Origin: Lingula anatina
Taxonomy: Eukaryota > Animalia > Brachiopoda
Assembly: GCA_051362555.1 (NCBI GenBank)
Contig: CM120640.1
Span: forward strand, 44,122,788 to 44,186,787
DNA length: 64,000 nt
Direction: 5' to 3'
Below are positions 14,214 to 27,300 of this stretch, one piece after another (positions within the stretch are counted from its first letter, which is position 1; every line of letters begins with the position of its first letter). A program made the position numbers and the translations under genes. The notes below the pieces were generated by a model. The model searched no databases. It was given only the letters and a program-made list of their open reading frames with translations, and was not told the origin of the DNA.

Positions 14214-14308
14214 GGGTAATCCCCGTCACCTTTAGACACGTGACCCATACGGGGGTTGTTTATCTGCTCCTTTCATGTTCGCGTGTATGCGGGTCAAACA
14301 TTATACAG
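14214..14308 (+). promoter_or_regulatory. Putative promoter and non-coding first exon of copy 1: kB-like GGGTAATCCCC, E-box CACGTGAC, splice donor ACAG|GTAAAT
   Basis: The motifs and the donor sit at equivalent positions in all three units. An acceptor (taattcag) lies just upstream of the ATG exon. Confidence 0.4.
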
Positions 14309-14937
14309 GTAAATTTTTGTTTAAATATGATCATTATAAGCGAACCTTAGAATACCATTATATATTCACCTCTTATAGAAACTGTAGATAGATTTTGAGT
14401 CAACATCGTGCATTTTATACATTAAAACCTCATGTTCGATTTGTCTGTCACTTCCGTAAACACAATAATGGCTGATTTGGTTGAAGCTTTTGTTATTGTT
14501 ACACACGTATCTCAGTGCTGATTAGTGTAGTTCTAAAGAAGCAAATTATGGTGATTATGTAGAAAGATTGGAGTTGATGAGCGTAAATCAATAAACCGAA
14601 GAAGATACGTTTAATAAAATGTACATGTACTGGTCACATCTACTTTCTTTTTCGATTCCGTCATAACCTGAAGGTCGCCGTGTTTGTTTTGATCTCTCGG
14701 GACTTTTTCAACCTCTTATCATGGAAGTTACATCTGTAATACTAGGGCATGTTATGATTTGGATTTTGTGAATATCAATAAATATAGTTGTCGATGGGAA
14801 AACGAATCAATGAAGTACATGTATGTGTAGCGTAAACGTTAGTATAGTGGCGTTATTCCTAAACTATGTTTACTCGTTTTTAATTCAGGCCTATGCATTC
14901 ATAACATTCAGCGCAATCAGATAAATGTTAAGTCGCA

Positions 14938-17900
14938 ATGGGAAATGAAGCATCGACATCCCGGCTTCTCCATAATTTGGAGGAGCTTGAACAGGAGCTT
15001 GAACGAGACCAAGTCTCTAAGTCCAACCAACCACTAAAGGTGCAACATGGCTGGGATTCCAAGGACTGCTCTAATAATATGACAGTGCTAGATGACGGTT
15101 TGAAGGTAGGATTCACGGATCACCAGAAAAATCTTCTCAACTTTAAGTTTCTGACGTATCCTAACATTTCATCAAAATAAATTCATAATGTTTTTAGCTT
15201 GGCTGTTGACAAACAAACAAACAAACGGAGGTGAATACTTTATCTCCTTGGGGGAGGGGGGGGGGGTTAAAAGCCATAGTCTCCATCAACTTTAGATGCA
15301 AAAACGCCGAGTGACTTGATTTAAAAGTTTTATCTTTGTAACTCTTCTTTTGTAAAATCCTGTACCTGCTAGTGATTTGTTTCAATTTCAAACTGACTCC
15401 TTACAACGAAAAAATACGGGTTTTCATTTCATTATAATTTCACTATTGATTAAAGACTTGTTAAAACCTTCACGTTTTCTTTATTCACTAAGTCGTACAA
15501 TCATACTTTGTATCCATTTTACAGGTGCGTAGAAATAAATCTTTACAGCCTAGGACGGATGCTGTTAGGGGCAAGAGAGGCTATGGTCAAGGGATACATA
15601 TCTGGAAGATTCACTGGCCCCAGTCGATGAGAGGCAGCAATGCTGTTATTGGTGTGGCTACATATCAGGCCCCTCTGACTTGTACTGGTGAGTTTGGTTG
15701 GATGGATGACAGGAAAAAATTCACCTAGACCTATACATGTACATAAGTTATGTATAAAAGTGAAGACGTTTTTTATGCTTGAGGTATAGCAAGGGCAACT
15801 TATGAAGTTTTGTAGCATGTTTTTTCCATAGAGTTTTTACAGCTTTTATTGTTTTTGAAGAATATATATATATATGTATAATTATAATTATAATGTTTGC
15901 ATATAGGCGATCTACTTCAAGTGCTTCTAATCTTATCATTCTCTCGAAGGTTATTCGTCTTTGATTGGTTCCAATGATCAGTCCATGGGATGGGATATAG
16001 TCCGCAATGTTCTTCTCTTCAATGACTGCGTCATCAGAAAGTACCCAGATGATGCACCTGGTGAATTTGTTGCTCCTGATGTCATCACTGTAATTCTCAA
16101 TATGGACTCGGGGACTCTTGGCTTTAAGGGTGAAGGAAAAAATTACGGAGTGGCATTGAAGGGTCTTCGCTTACTGACGAAAAAACTTTACCCTGCAATA
16201 AGTGCAACATATGGCAACTGTGAAGTGGGTATCGAGTATATCAGCAGTACAGGTAAATGCTGGGCTCAGAGGAACTTTTACTTGGTAAAATCTAAAAAAA
16301 ATCCTATGCTTTATTTTTTGGTAAAAAATTCAAAAAATCAATCTTACAAAAAAAATTATAGTATTAAATTATTGTTGAAAGAAGACACAGGAAAGTAGCA
16401 CAATAGGCCACCAGTACATTGTGACTAGTTCATTGTTGCAAGATAGGACTGCTTTAATTAGTTTGCAATCTGTTTTGAACAAAATCATGTATGAGTAGTA
16501 TGCTGCACCCGACCTCCAGTCTGCTTCAAGGCCCACTGAAAGAATCAGTGCAAGAGGTACGCTCTGTACCCTAAATACAATCATCGCACCTTAAATCCTA
16601 AGATAAGTGTTGAATATAGCTTTTCTATTCAGGATATTTTCTTTTCTTTTTTAATAAACAGATCAAATAGTTTTGATTCAAACTTAATCTGGCTATTTCT
16701 TTCAGAGCAAGGAAGACCACAGACAAAACCATGTCCTCCGGCTCTGCCTCTGATATTCAAAAAGCAATGTGGGGAAAATATCGAATTGTCAAACGACAGC
16801 ATTCAAGCGGAAAGATCAAAGTACCTTTTGATCAATTATTCACTTTTAAAAGCAGAAAATAGAAAATGAAAAAAAGTTAATAACTAATTTTTATAGTAGA
16901 GAATTCACTGCAATTTAAAATATCCAACTACAGGTATTTTATCGACGGCAGGGTTTTTACATGTATGTATTGTATTTTATTGCTGATATATTGTAAATGC
17001 CCCTTGGGATGTTAAAACGTCTTCATTTTGATTATGTTTTAGACATATCTTTTTGCATCTTATTTTATTAATATCCTCACATGGCGTTAACAAAAAAAAA
17101 AATATAAAAACCGAATGTCACGCATTATAACAATAACGTTTTCCATTCCAGTTTTATGTCTGACTCAGACAAAGCAGTTGTTTTGACTTCAAGAAGTCTA
17201 CAACCGAATGAAAAGTTTGAAATATGTGTTAAGAAAACCCTGGATAAATGGCCAGAGGGTCTAGCTATCGGAGTTGTGGCTCTGGAAGCAGGATTCGAGA
17301 TTCCGAGAAGTCTCCCTGGACAAGCCGCAGATATAGCGTGGGTCTGGAAAGGCACGGATGTTTAGCATCATCGAAAGACGGAAAGGAAATTGGATTTTAA
17401 CCTTAATTCCGCAAAAGTATGTATTTAAGAATACAATTTTGTTTCGCCTTTGTGAACAAAGGGGTCTCTGCTGGAGCCAAGCCTGTGTAGTACTGTTCCT
17501 AATGCCTCTGTACTAATAGTACTGTATGAAACAAAGTAAAAACGTTTCTCATTTTCCCAATCAACAAGAAAATCCCGAGATCGAAAGAGTAAGTCCAATT
17601 GTTTAAATCAAAATTCACAAAGTTTTTATTCCATTTATGAGAAAGGGTAAATGTGCAGGTGGTTGATTGTTTGTCAATTACACGAGCGACCAATACATTT
17701 TTCGTTAACGCGGTTACCGAAATCCTAAAAGTCAGGGAGTTGATTACACTCTTTAGCTCTAATTTCAGATTGGCGACAAATTTGGTGTCATGAGAAAGGA
17801 AGATGGTGCTTTGCACTTCTTTTATAACGGTCGAGATATGGGAATGGCAGCCACAAATGTTCCTCAGAAAATACACGGAATTGTTGATGTCCATGGAAGT

Positions 17901-20900
17901 ACTATACACGTAGAATTAGTGGGTAAGAATGCTATATCTATTGAAAAACGACAAATGATCTTTCTACATGTACATGTATGTGAGTTTTGTCCCGCAGGCT
18001 GTTAAACCTGCCGAATAACCTTTGTTTGACCGTGTGCTAGCATCTTATATCACAATGAAACTAAAAATAAATTCATAATTCATGTTCTTTTTTGTTTCAT
18101 ATTCAACAGAACAAATTCGAGAGGAAACCACAGAGCCAACAGGTGCCGCTTTTACCGGCATTTCTAGAATAGATCGCGTCTTTGAAAAAATGAGACAAAC
18201 GATCGATTTATTAAAGAAGAAAGACGAACGCTCTATTCGATCCACTATACATATGGTCCACGAACATTTGTACATGCTGTACGCCAAGCATAAGGCCCGA
18301 AACCTTCGGCAGTTAATGGGTGACAAGCTGGTCCAGTTGAATGCTGCCTTCCATATTACTGAATATATAAAATTTCTCTGTGAGTGCGGGATTGAAAACG
18401 ACAAAATCCATGAGCTGCTTCGTACTGTTTGTTTGAATTACAGTGATGCCAGTCTGCAGTTTGCCAGGTCCATCGGACAGACGGATCTGCTTGGAATCCT
18501 GTCTGCAGAACTTGCCAAGTATCAGAATAGATATATGAGTGAAGAGGTAAGAAAGAAAAACCAATTTGATATCCCCAATCCATTAGATAAATCGGAAAAA
18601 ATTAAATGATGTGTGTCTTTGCATTAGTTTTGACTGGGCTTAAATTTATGACAAGTTTCACTTTTGAAAAAGGTATCAATTAAGATTGTTACTGATTTTC
18701 ACCAACGGAGTCTCCAGTTATTCTGAAAATGTAATACATGTTATATTGTTCCATATACTTGCTGTATATATATCATACTGTACTTAGATATAATTGCCAA
18801 ATTATCTTCAAACAGAGATGTGTTATTTATTCAAAACTGTTGTTTTCAACACCAGGGGATAAGAGATATTGTTATGTCAGCACTTGCCATTCTTCACAAC
18901 TGCTCAAAAGTTACGGAGAACCGAGCGGTGTATTACCTCCTCGGTGTGATCAACATCCTGGTCCCTTATACGAAGCCAGGGAATGACGAAAGAGTCGCAA
19001 TGACGGCCTTAATGACCTTGTCCTACCTTGTTACTATTGACCAACAACACCTGATCCAAGCAGAGCCATCAGCTATTGCATACATTCTGAAGAAACTCGA
19101 CGAAGCACTGAGAAACGCAGAAACTCATCAATCGGACGGTTTCCATGCCTACGAAATTGTGGAATCGCTTATAAACCTATCGAAAAGCGCACAGAATCGG
19201 GTGACGACGGTACAGAAAGGAGGCATTCCCCTGTTTGTGAAAATGATGAAAGTCGGTAATCCACGAGAGCAGGAACTCGCCCTGAACGCCGTGTGGGAAC
19301 TTATTAACGGTGGCGACGGGACGCTGTCAACTATCTCTAGAACAGAAGGGCTATTAGACGAAGCGAAGGCTTTAAAGAGCAGCAAAGTCGAAACTGTTCG
19401 CCAAGCCGCTGAAAGGATTTTATTGAGGCTTGATACGCAGACTCAAATGTTTTCCCAGAGGTTTGGTGAGATAATAGTTTTTCGTTTAAAAAAGTAAATA
19501 TCAATCAATCAATTATTCAATCGTGAACTGTGAATTCTTGGATATCATTAGTGAAAGAAATTACGTTTTAAACAAGCTGTTCTGTTCAAAGTTTATTACC
19601 TTTCCAGAACCGGCACCCATTCCAAAGTGCACTTACAAAGATATCTGCGACAAATTTGTTGAGACACTCAACATACATGGTAAGTTTTCATTAACTAAAA
19701 AGTATTTTCAAATTCATTTCCTTGTGATATTTTTAAGATACTATTACCCTATTTTAAACTCTTTTTATTCATTCACTCAACTGCTTTTGGTTATGTACAT
19801 GTATTTCCATGCATTGCAATTTAACAGAGAGATATTTTGATGCCAAGTATCATCACTGCTACTGCAACGTTTGTCATAATGAGAGAGGAGACAATCTGTA
19901 TTATACTCGCGGAAATCCACCCAAGGACTATGGTATTCCAATTGGATGGTACAGGTATGCCCTTTGGTGAGTATAACAACGACAATCCGGGTTTGCGCTT
20001 ACCTTATCTAGAAATGCTGGTAACTTGGAAATTTGAATGTAATCTTCAACTTCTCAGTGTGTCACAGTCATAAGCAAAACTTAAAATGTAACAATTATTA
20101 TTCATGTATATTGTAAAACCGCAAAACTTTTTGCTTTTTGTTTTGTTATTCAATGCTACTGTGGGATATTCGTCTGACTATTTGAAGTTACTTTTTACTG
20201 TATCAAGGAGCATGTATGAACTGTCTATTTTTTTTTTCAATGTGGCACCAGCCTTCCAGCTAAAGCAAAGGCAATGAACGTATTGGACAACTGGCACAGG
20301 GCATTCCATGGCACTAAGAAAGATGTGGTTAGCAAGATACTTGAAGTCGGGGAACTGCTCATTCCAGGTTAGGGAACCGATTGTCTTATGACGTCATGGA
20401 ACAGGCAATTGTATTGCGAATAGCTGAAATTCACAAAATGTGCGATATTTATGTGTCAGTGTCTATAATTAATGTCAACTTCGCTTAATTCATTCCCTTA
20501 TTCAAGTGCACATGCGGACTTTTTTTCCTTTTTTTTTTTTTTGGGGGGGGGGGTCCGTACGTGTTCTCGAACTCTTACTTTTTTTGGTTTTATTTTTTTA
20601 TTAATCTTTTTTGGAGGGCATGGGAAAAGGATCTTGTTTCAGAGATGCCATATCAGAGTTATATAAAAGTTATCAACATTTGTATTTCATGGACTTTAGG
20701 CGACGAAGCGTTGGGCGGCGACAAAGTAAGCGAGAGGGAAGGCCATTTCAAAGACGACCATAAGCCCGAAGAGTTCGACACCAAGAAAATATTTTTATCT
20801 CCCAGTATCCGTTATGCTGGCCATGGCGCTTATGCCATGCCACACAAGTATGTATTCGTGTGTTGTATTCGTGTGGTATTTGTATAAATTGTAAACAGGG

Positions 20901-22210
20901 GTAAAAAAACAGGTTACACACAGTATGTTTGTGTATTAAAGTGTTTGTTTAAGAAGAAACATGCGGTCAGTATCGTGTTATTCTAATGCTATTCTGATTT
21001 AAAGTGGTATCACGAAATTAAAAATAGTTATTATTATATTAATAACAAAATGGTAATTATTGGTTTTATTCTTATAAAGCAACTGTTGACAGTTTAGTGA
21101 AATGATTCGGCAAAATATAGACTAGATGCTGTTGAATACAGGATGCAGCATTGATTTAAGTTTTTTTAGCATGTAAAATTCGAGTCGTTTGATAAAATCA
21201 GTAAAGTCAGCTCAGGAGGACACTTCCTATCTTCCTGTATGACCAGGTTAAACTTGCGGAGTCCGTGCACGCTGTAATTAGTGTGGGACCGCGAAACTGT
21301 ATCTGGGTCTGCTTTGGAGCTCGTACCTGACGCCGTTACTCTCTGCCCAGGGCGCATCTACTGATAACATTAATGAGTGCGAAAGGATATGCAACAGCCA
21401 TGGGGCAATAAAATGTTTACAATTTGGGTGGAGCTTAGACTAAGGCCCGTTGTCTATTGGTTGATTGAGAAACCCTGTATTAAAGGCGTGGACTAAATAG
21501 TTAAATGCTGATAGGCGCGGGCTAGGCCACTGTAGATTTCGGCAACCCTGAAACTATTCTAGCTCGTTTGAATAAATCGTTCTCTGAGGGAAAACTGCTT
21601 TTACATACCGCAAGTGAACACGATTTATTGCTGACTCAACAAAACCATCCACGAGGCCAGTGATTTCATTTTCTGGAAGTTGTATCAGCTCATTGGGAAT
21701 GGGCTGAATCCGTGCTGTTTTCCCTGCAACTTTGTATGTAATGATTACAATAACAACCTAGTAGACTTAGAAAGAAACTATTTCACATGCAAGAAATGTT
21801 ACATCGTATGATGACGTCGCGATGCATCGTCACATAAATTACGTCAAAACGCAGGGACATGTAAACGACATTTTAATTTTAATGGGTTAAAAGACACAAG
21901 GTTCAATATTCTGGATGACATTTTTTCACCTTTTTTTTAATTCTTGAAACTGGTTTCTTCATAACAAATTAATCATGCACTTTTTATCAAATATTTCAGA
22001 TTTGAGGTATCAGGAAAAACCTATGTGGCCCGTGTAGCACTTCAAGTGTGCATTCGCCCAGGCAGCTATGATGTCGGCGATCAAACTATCGGAGAAACCA
22101 AGCCAATCGACCCAAAGTTTGATAATCAGGAAATAGAGTGGTCAACAAAAGAGTGTGGAAGCACCATTTTGTATGGTCTGCTGGTGAAATTGGAAGAACA
22201 AGCTTCTTGA
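14938..22210 (+). pseudogene. Copy 1 of the myristoyl-SPRY-NHR-ARM-NEURL4-type ART gene; premature stop and lost exon
   Basis: Exons 14938-15105, 15525-15687, 15950-16252, 16706-16820, 17152-17416, 17769-17922, 18110-18546, 18856-19465, 19608-19679, 19828-19966, 20252-20367, 20700-20847, 22000-22210, all GT-AG and phase-compatible. In-frame TAG at 17363-17365 where copies 2 and 3 have TTG. The acceptor of the 63-nt exon is deleted near 16500. Confidence 0.8.
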
Positions 22211-23155
22211 AATAGTTAATTTCAACTTCGACGGAGCTGAGAACAATAAAGCTTTAGACTTAATCAGTGTAAAGGGTTTGAATGGTATATCATTCTGTAT
22301 CCAAATCGATCGGATCATGTTGGAAAGTGTCGGTTTCATACCATTTGTATATTGTTTTATGTATGGCGTGATATTTGCAATGGATAGGCCAAAGCCGACT
22401 TGCGGTTGATTGTGATTGACTTAAAACCTTGCATTTACATTTTTAAAAAATGATGTCTACGTGAGAAAAATAATCCCTTTCCAATGCACAGGCCTAATGA
22501 TATTTGAAGAGTTAAAAACATGCCGATTTTCAAACCAGTTTACAATTTACATCCATGCAGCTTCTTGCGTTTTGTTTCGATTTTTCTCAACCATTTCGAA
22601 TTTTCATCAAGTGATTTGGAGATGGTTATTGGTATTTTCGAAACCAAGAAGGCCTACTTGTGTCCTTCAATAAAAGAAGCATCCACAAATATGCTAGTTC
22701 CTTGTAGTAAACTTGTCTTTGTAGGTTACAGACATTGGGCGAAGTAAAAGTGCCGAGAGACTTATGTGGGGGTATCCGCTACTCACTGAGTTTCACTTTA
22801 CAAAGGAATTCTTAATGTAGCACTGGACTAAAATTTTAGCCTAGACTTTGTTTCTCCCAGTAGGTGATGTCAGCCGGTCAACAAAGAATACAAGGAGGTA
22901 TTCCAGTCTTTTCACCTAATCTGTACTGTTGGTAAATAAAGTACCTCTAAATGTGTTAATATTTTTTGTTTTGCTTTTTTTTTTTTTTGGCAGAAATAAT
23001 AAAGAGTTTAACGGCTGGGTTTTTAGGCAGCTGGAATCGTGCCATTTTGCAAGTCCACCTACAGACCAAGATTAAATCATTGCGATAGTTGAGCATCAGA
23101 TTGCAAAGCGAATTGTATCACGTTTTGGTTATGAAAGGCCAAAGTTATTTTTAAA

Positions 23156-23210
23156 ATGGTGTGGATGCGAAACACACTGACGAAGGGTTCCAAAATATTT
23201 TACGACCTAC
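23156..23210 (+). pseudogene. Stranded duplicate of TIMM44 coding exon 1, cut before its splice donor
   Basis: ATGGTGTGGATGCGAAACACACTGACGAAGGGTTCCAAAATATTTTACGACCTAC matches 44546-44600, and the upstream TIMM44 promoter region also matches. Confidence 0.8.
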
Positions 23211-23584
23211 CCCTATCTTGAAAACACGGCTTTCGTAGTTTATTTCATAAAAAATCTCCGCTAACAAATCCAATAATATACCCATAAGCATTGGTGGATG
23301 TAGGATTTTAAATAAGGAGACAAGGGAGGGGGGGAAATTTAACAATGGACCTTTGACCATTTATATAACCAGAACATGCTCTAATTAATAGGCCTATCTG
23401 AAACAAACTTAATGTTATCTCACACACATTTCTATGTTTGAAGCCATATAAAAGGTATCTAAACACTTTTGGGAGGGTGGAGGGATCACACAAAAATATT
23501 GTATTTGCTGTTTGGACTCATTATTGAATATTCTGAATATTAATCGAACAACAGGCAGGAGTTTATGACCGATTCCAAGATGAC

Positions 23585-23616
23585 GGGGAATCCCCTGTCA
23601 ACTTCAGTCACGTGAC
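23585..23616 (+). promoter_or_regulatory. NF-kB-type site GGGGAATCCCC and palindromic E-box GTCACGTGAC upstream of copy 2
   Basis: Matches the kB consensus GGGRNWYYCC. Lies ~90 bp before the conserved non-coding-exon donor ACAG|GTAAAA (~23687). Confidence 0.45.
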
Positions 23617-24306
23617 CCATACGGGGGTTGTTAATCTGCTGTAAACTCCTGTCCTGTTCGCGTGTATGTGGGTCAAACATAATACAGGTAAAATTCTGGT
23701 TAATTGTGATCACTTCATCTTTGTATATGATTACATATTCACCACTAATATAAACTGTAGATAGATTTTGAGACAACATCGCGTATTTGATACATTAGAA
23801 CCTCATGTTCGATTCGTTTCTCATTTCCGTAAACACAGCATAATGGCTGATTTTGGTTGTTGCTTTTGTTATTGCTACTCCCCTCTCCATGCATTCCTCT
23901 ATACTAATTATGTAGAATTATGTAGAAAGATTGGAGTTAATGAGTATATATCAATTAACCAAAGAAGATCTGTTTAATAAAAAGTACGTCTACAGGTCAC
24001 AGCTACTTTCGTTTTCAAGTCATTCGTAACCTGAAGGCCGCCGTGTTTGTTGTGATCTCTGGGGGCTTTTTCAACGTCTTACAGTGTATCGTGGCAATTA
24101 CAATCTGTTATACTGGAGCATGTAATGATTTAAATTTTGTGAATATTAAATGTAGTTGCCGAATACGAATTAATGAAGTATGTATGTCTATCGTAACCGT
24201 AAGTATAGTGGCGCTACTTCTTAACTGTGTTAACTCATTTTTAATTCAGGCCTATATATGACTTTTGCATTACCATTCAAAGCATTCAGATAAATGTAAA
24301 GTCGCA

Positions 24307-27300
24307 ATGGGAAATGAAGCATCGACATTACGTCTTCTCCATAATTTGGCGGAGCTTGAACAGGAGCTTGAACGAGACCAAGTTTCTAAGTCCAACCAAC
24401 CACTAAAGGTGCAACATGGCTGGGATTCCAAGGACTGCTCCAATAATATGACAGTGCTAGATGACGGTTTGAAGGTAGGATTCACGGATCACCAGTAAAA
24501 TATACCCACATTTAAGTTTCTGACTATCCTGAACATTTCATCAAAATACATTCATAATGTTTTTAGTTGACAAACAAACAAACAAATAGAGGTTGGGGGG
24601 GGGGGGGGGGTAAAAAGCTATTATCCACCCCTGTGCCGAACATTTTATAGTCCTCATCAACTATTTTCTAGATGCAAAAAGGCCGACTGACCTGATTCAA
24701 AAGTTTTATCTTTGTAACTACTCTTGAGTAAAATTCCGTATCTGCTAGTGATTTGTTTCAATTTCAAACTAGACTTCTTATAACCAAAAAAAGGGGAGGG
24801 CGGGGATCATCATTTTATTATAATTTCACTATTTATTAGAGAATCGTTAAAACCTTTACGTTTTCTTTATTCATCAAAGTTGTACGCCCTACAATCATAC
24901 ATTGTACCTATTTTACAGGTGCGTAGAAATAAATCTTTACAGCCTAGGACAGATGCTGTTAGGGGCAAGAGAGGTTATGGTCAAGGGATACATATCTGGA
25001 AGATTCACTGGCCCCAGTCGATGAGAGGCAGCAATGCTGTTATTGGTGTAGCTACCTATCAGGCCCCCCTGACTTGCATTGGTGAGTTTGGTTGGATGGT
25101 GACAGGAAAAAATTCACCTAGACCCACACATGTACAAAAACTGCGTATAAAAGTGCAAAGCCTTTTATGCTTGAGGTATAACAAGGGCAACGTATAATTT
25201 GGACTCTTTAAATTACATACTGTATAGGCAATTTGTTTCAAGTGCTTCTAATCATATCATTCTCTCGAAGGTTATTCGTCTTTGATTGGTTCCAATGATC
25301 AGTCCATGGGGTGGGATATAGTCCGCAATGTTCTTCTCTTCAATGACTGCGTCATCAGAAAGTACCCGGATGATGCACCTGGTGAATTTGTTGCTCCTGA
25401 TGTCATCACTGTAATTCTTAATATGGACTCGGGGACTCTTGGCTTTAAGGGTGATGGAAAAAATTACGGAGTAGCATTGAAGGGTCTTCGCTTACTGGGG
25501 AAAAAACTTTACCCTGCAATAAGCGCAACATATGGCAGCTGTGAAGTGGGTATCGAGTACATCAGAAGTACAGGTAAATGCTGCTATTGTTTGGTTTAAT
25601 CTAAAAAATATCATTTGCTTTATTTTTTGGTAAAATATTACAAATAATCAATCTAAATGCTAAGCTCAGAAGAACTTTTATTTGGTATTATCTGAAAAAT
25701 ATCCTTTGCTTTATTTCTTAGTAAAATATTGAAATGTTGACTCGATTTCTTTTACAAAAATATCATACCAAATAAAGATTAAATAAATAATTGATGAAAA
25801 TAGACACACAAAAGTATCACAATAGGCCACCAGTGCATCGTAACTAGTCTATTGTTGATGGATAAAACTGCTTCAGTTTGCAACGTTTTGAACAAAATCG
25901 TGAGTAGTATGCAGTATGCACGATATTTCCCCTCATACTCTCAGCACAGATTTACAAACCTACATGTATTTTGTTTCTTTCGATTCATGTAAGACGCAGC
26001 ACCTGCACCCGACCTCCCGTCTGCTTCAAGGCCCACTGAAAGAACCACTGCAAGAGGTACGCTCTGTAACCTGACTACAACCATTGCACCTTAAATCCTA
26101 GAATAAATCTTGAATATCGTTTTCATTCAGGAAATTCTATTTTATTTTTTATTTTATTATAGACGGATCACATAGTTTTGTTTCAAACTAAATCTTTTTA
26201 TTTCTTTCAGATCAGGGAAGACCACAAGCAAAACCATGTCCTCCGGCCCAGCCTCTGAAATTCAAAAAGCAATGTGGGAAAAATATCGAATTGTCAAATG
26301 ACAGCATTCAAGCGGAGAGATCAAAGTACGTTTTGATCAATTATTCATTTTTAAAAGCAGAAAATGGAAAATGAAAAAAGTCAAAAACTAATTTATATAG
26401 TAGAGAATTTACTGATTTTTTAATTTTAGATTCAGGTATTTTGATAGGGGTTTTGTGTATTGTTATTTATGTATTTTGTTGCTGAAATGTTGTAAATGCC
26501 CCCTTGGGATGTTAAAACGTCTCCATTGATTATATTTTAGACATATATACCTGCATTATATTTTATGAATATTCTAATACGGCGTTTACCAACAAAAATA
26601 AAAACCGAATACCACGCATTATTACAATAACGTTCTGTACCTGCTCATTTTTATTCCAGTTTTATGTCTGAATCAGACAAAGCAGTTGTTTTGACTTCGA
26701 GAAGTCTACAACCAAATGAAAAGTTTGAAATATGTGTAAAGAGAACTCTTGGTCAATGGGCAGAAGGTCTAGCGATCGGAGTTGTGGCTCTGGAAGCAGG
26801 ATTCGAGATTCCGAGAAGTCTCCCTGGACAAGCCGCAGATATAGCGTGGGTCTGGAAAGGCACGGATGTTTTGCATGACCGAAAAACGGAACGGAAATTG
26901 GATTTTAACCTTAATTCCGCAAAAGTATGTATTTAAGGATTGTGTGTATTTATTATGTTTCGCCTTTTTGAAGGGGTCTCTGCTGGAGCCCAGTCGGTCT
27001 TGTACTGTTCCTAATGCCTCTGTACTAACAGTACTGTATGAAACAAAGTACAAACGTTTCTCACTTTTTCCCAATCAACATGAAAATCCCGAGAGCGAAA
27101 GAGTAAGTCCAGTTGTTTTAATCGAAATTCACATTGATTTCATTTCATTTATGAGAAAGGATAAATGTGCAGGTGGTTGATTGTTTACCAATTACACGAG
27201 CGACCAATACAATTTCGTGAACACGATTACCGAAATCCTAATAGTCCGGGAGTTAATTACTATCTTTAGCTCTAATTTCAGATTGGCGACAAATTTGGTG

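Noticed and set aside
19149-19385. Antisense 78 aa ORF repeated in all three units (also 28743 and 39384)
   Set aside because: It is a shadow of the ARM-coding exon on the opposite strand.
23156-23221. Possible fusion of the TIMM44 presequence to the ART protein, attractive because NEURL4 is reported as mitochondrial
   Set aside because: The duplicated exon lacks its donor and reaches TGA four codons after the junction; the second copy has deletions. No coding fusion is supported.
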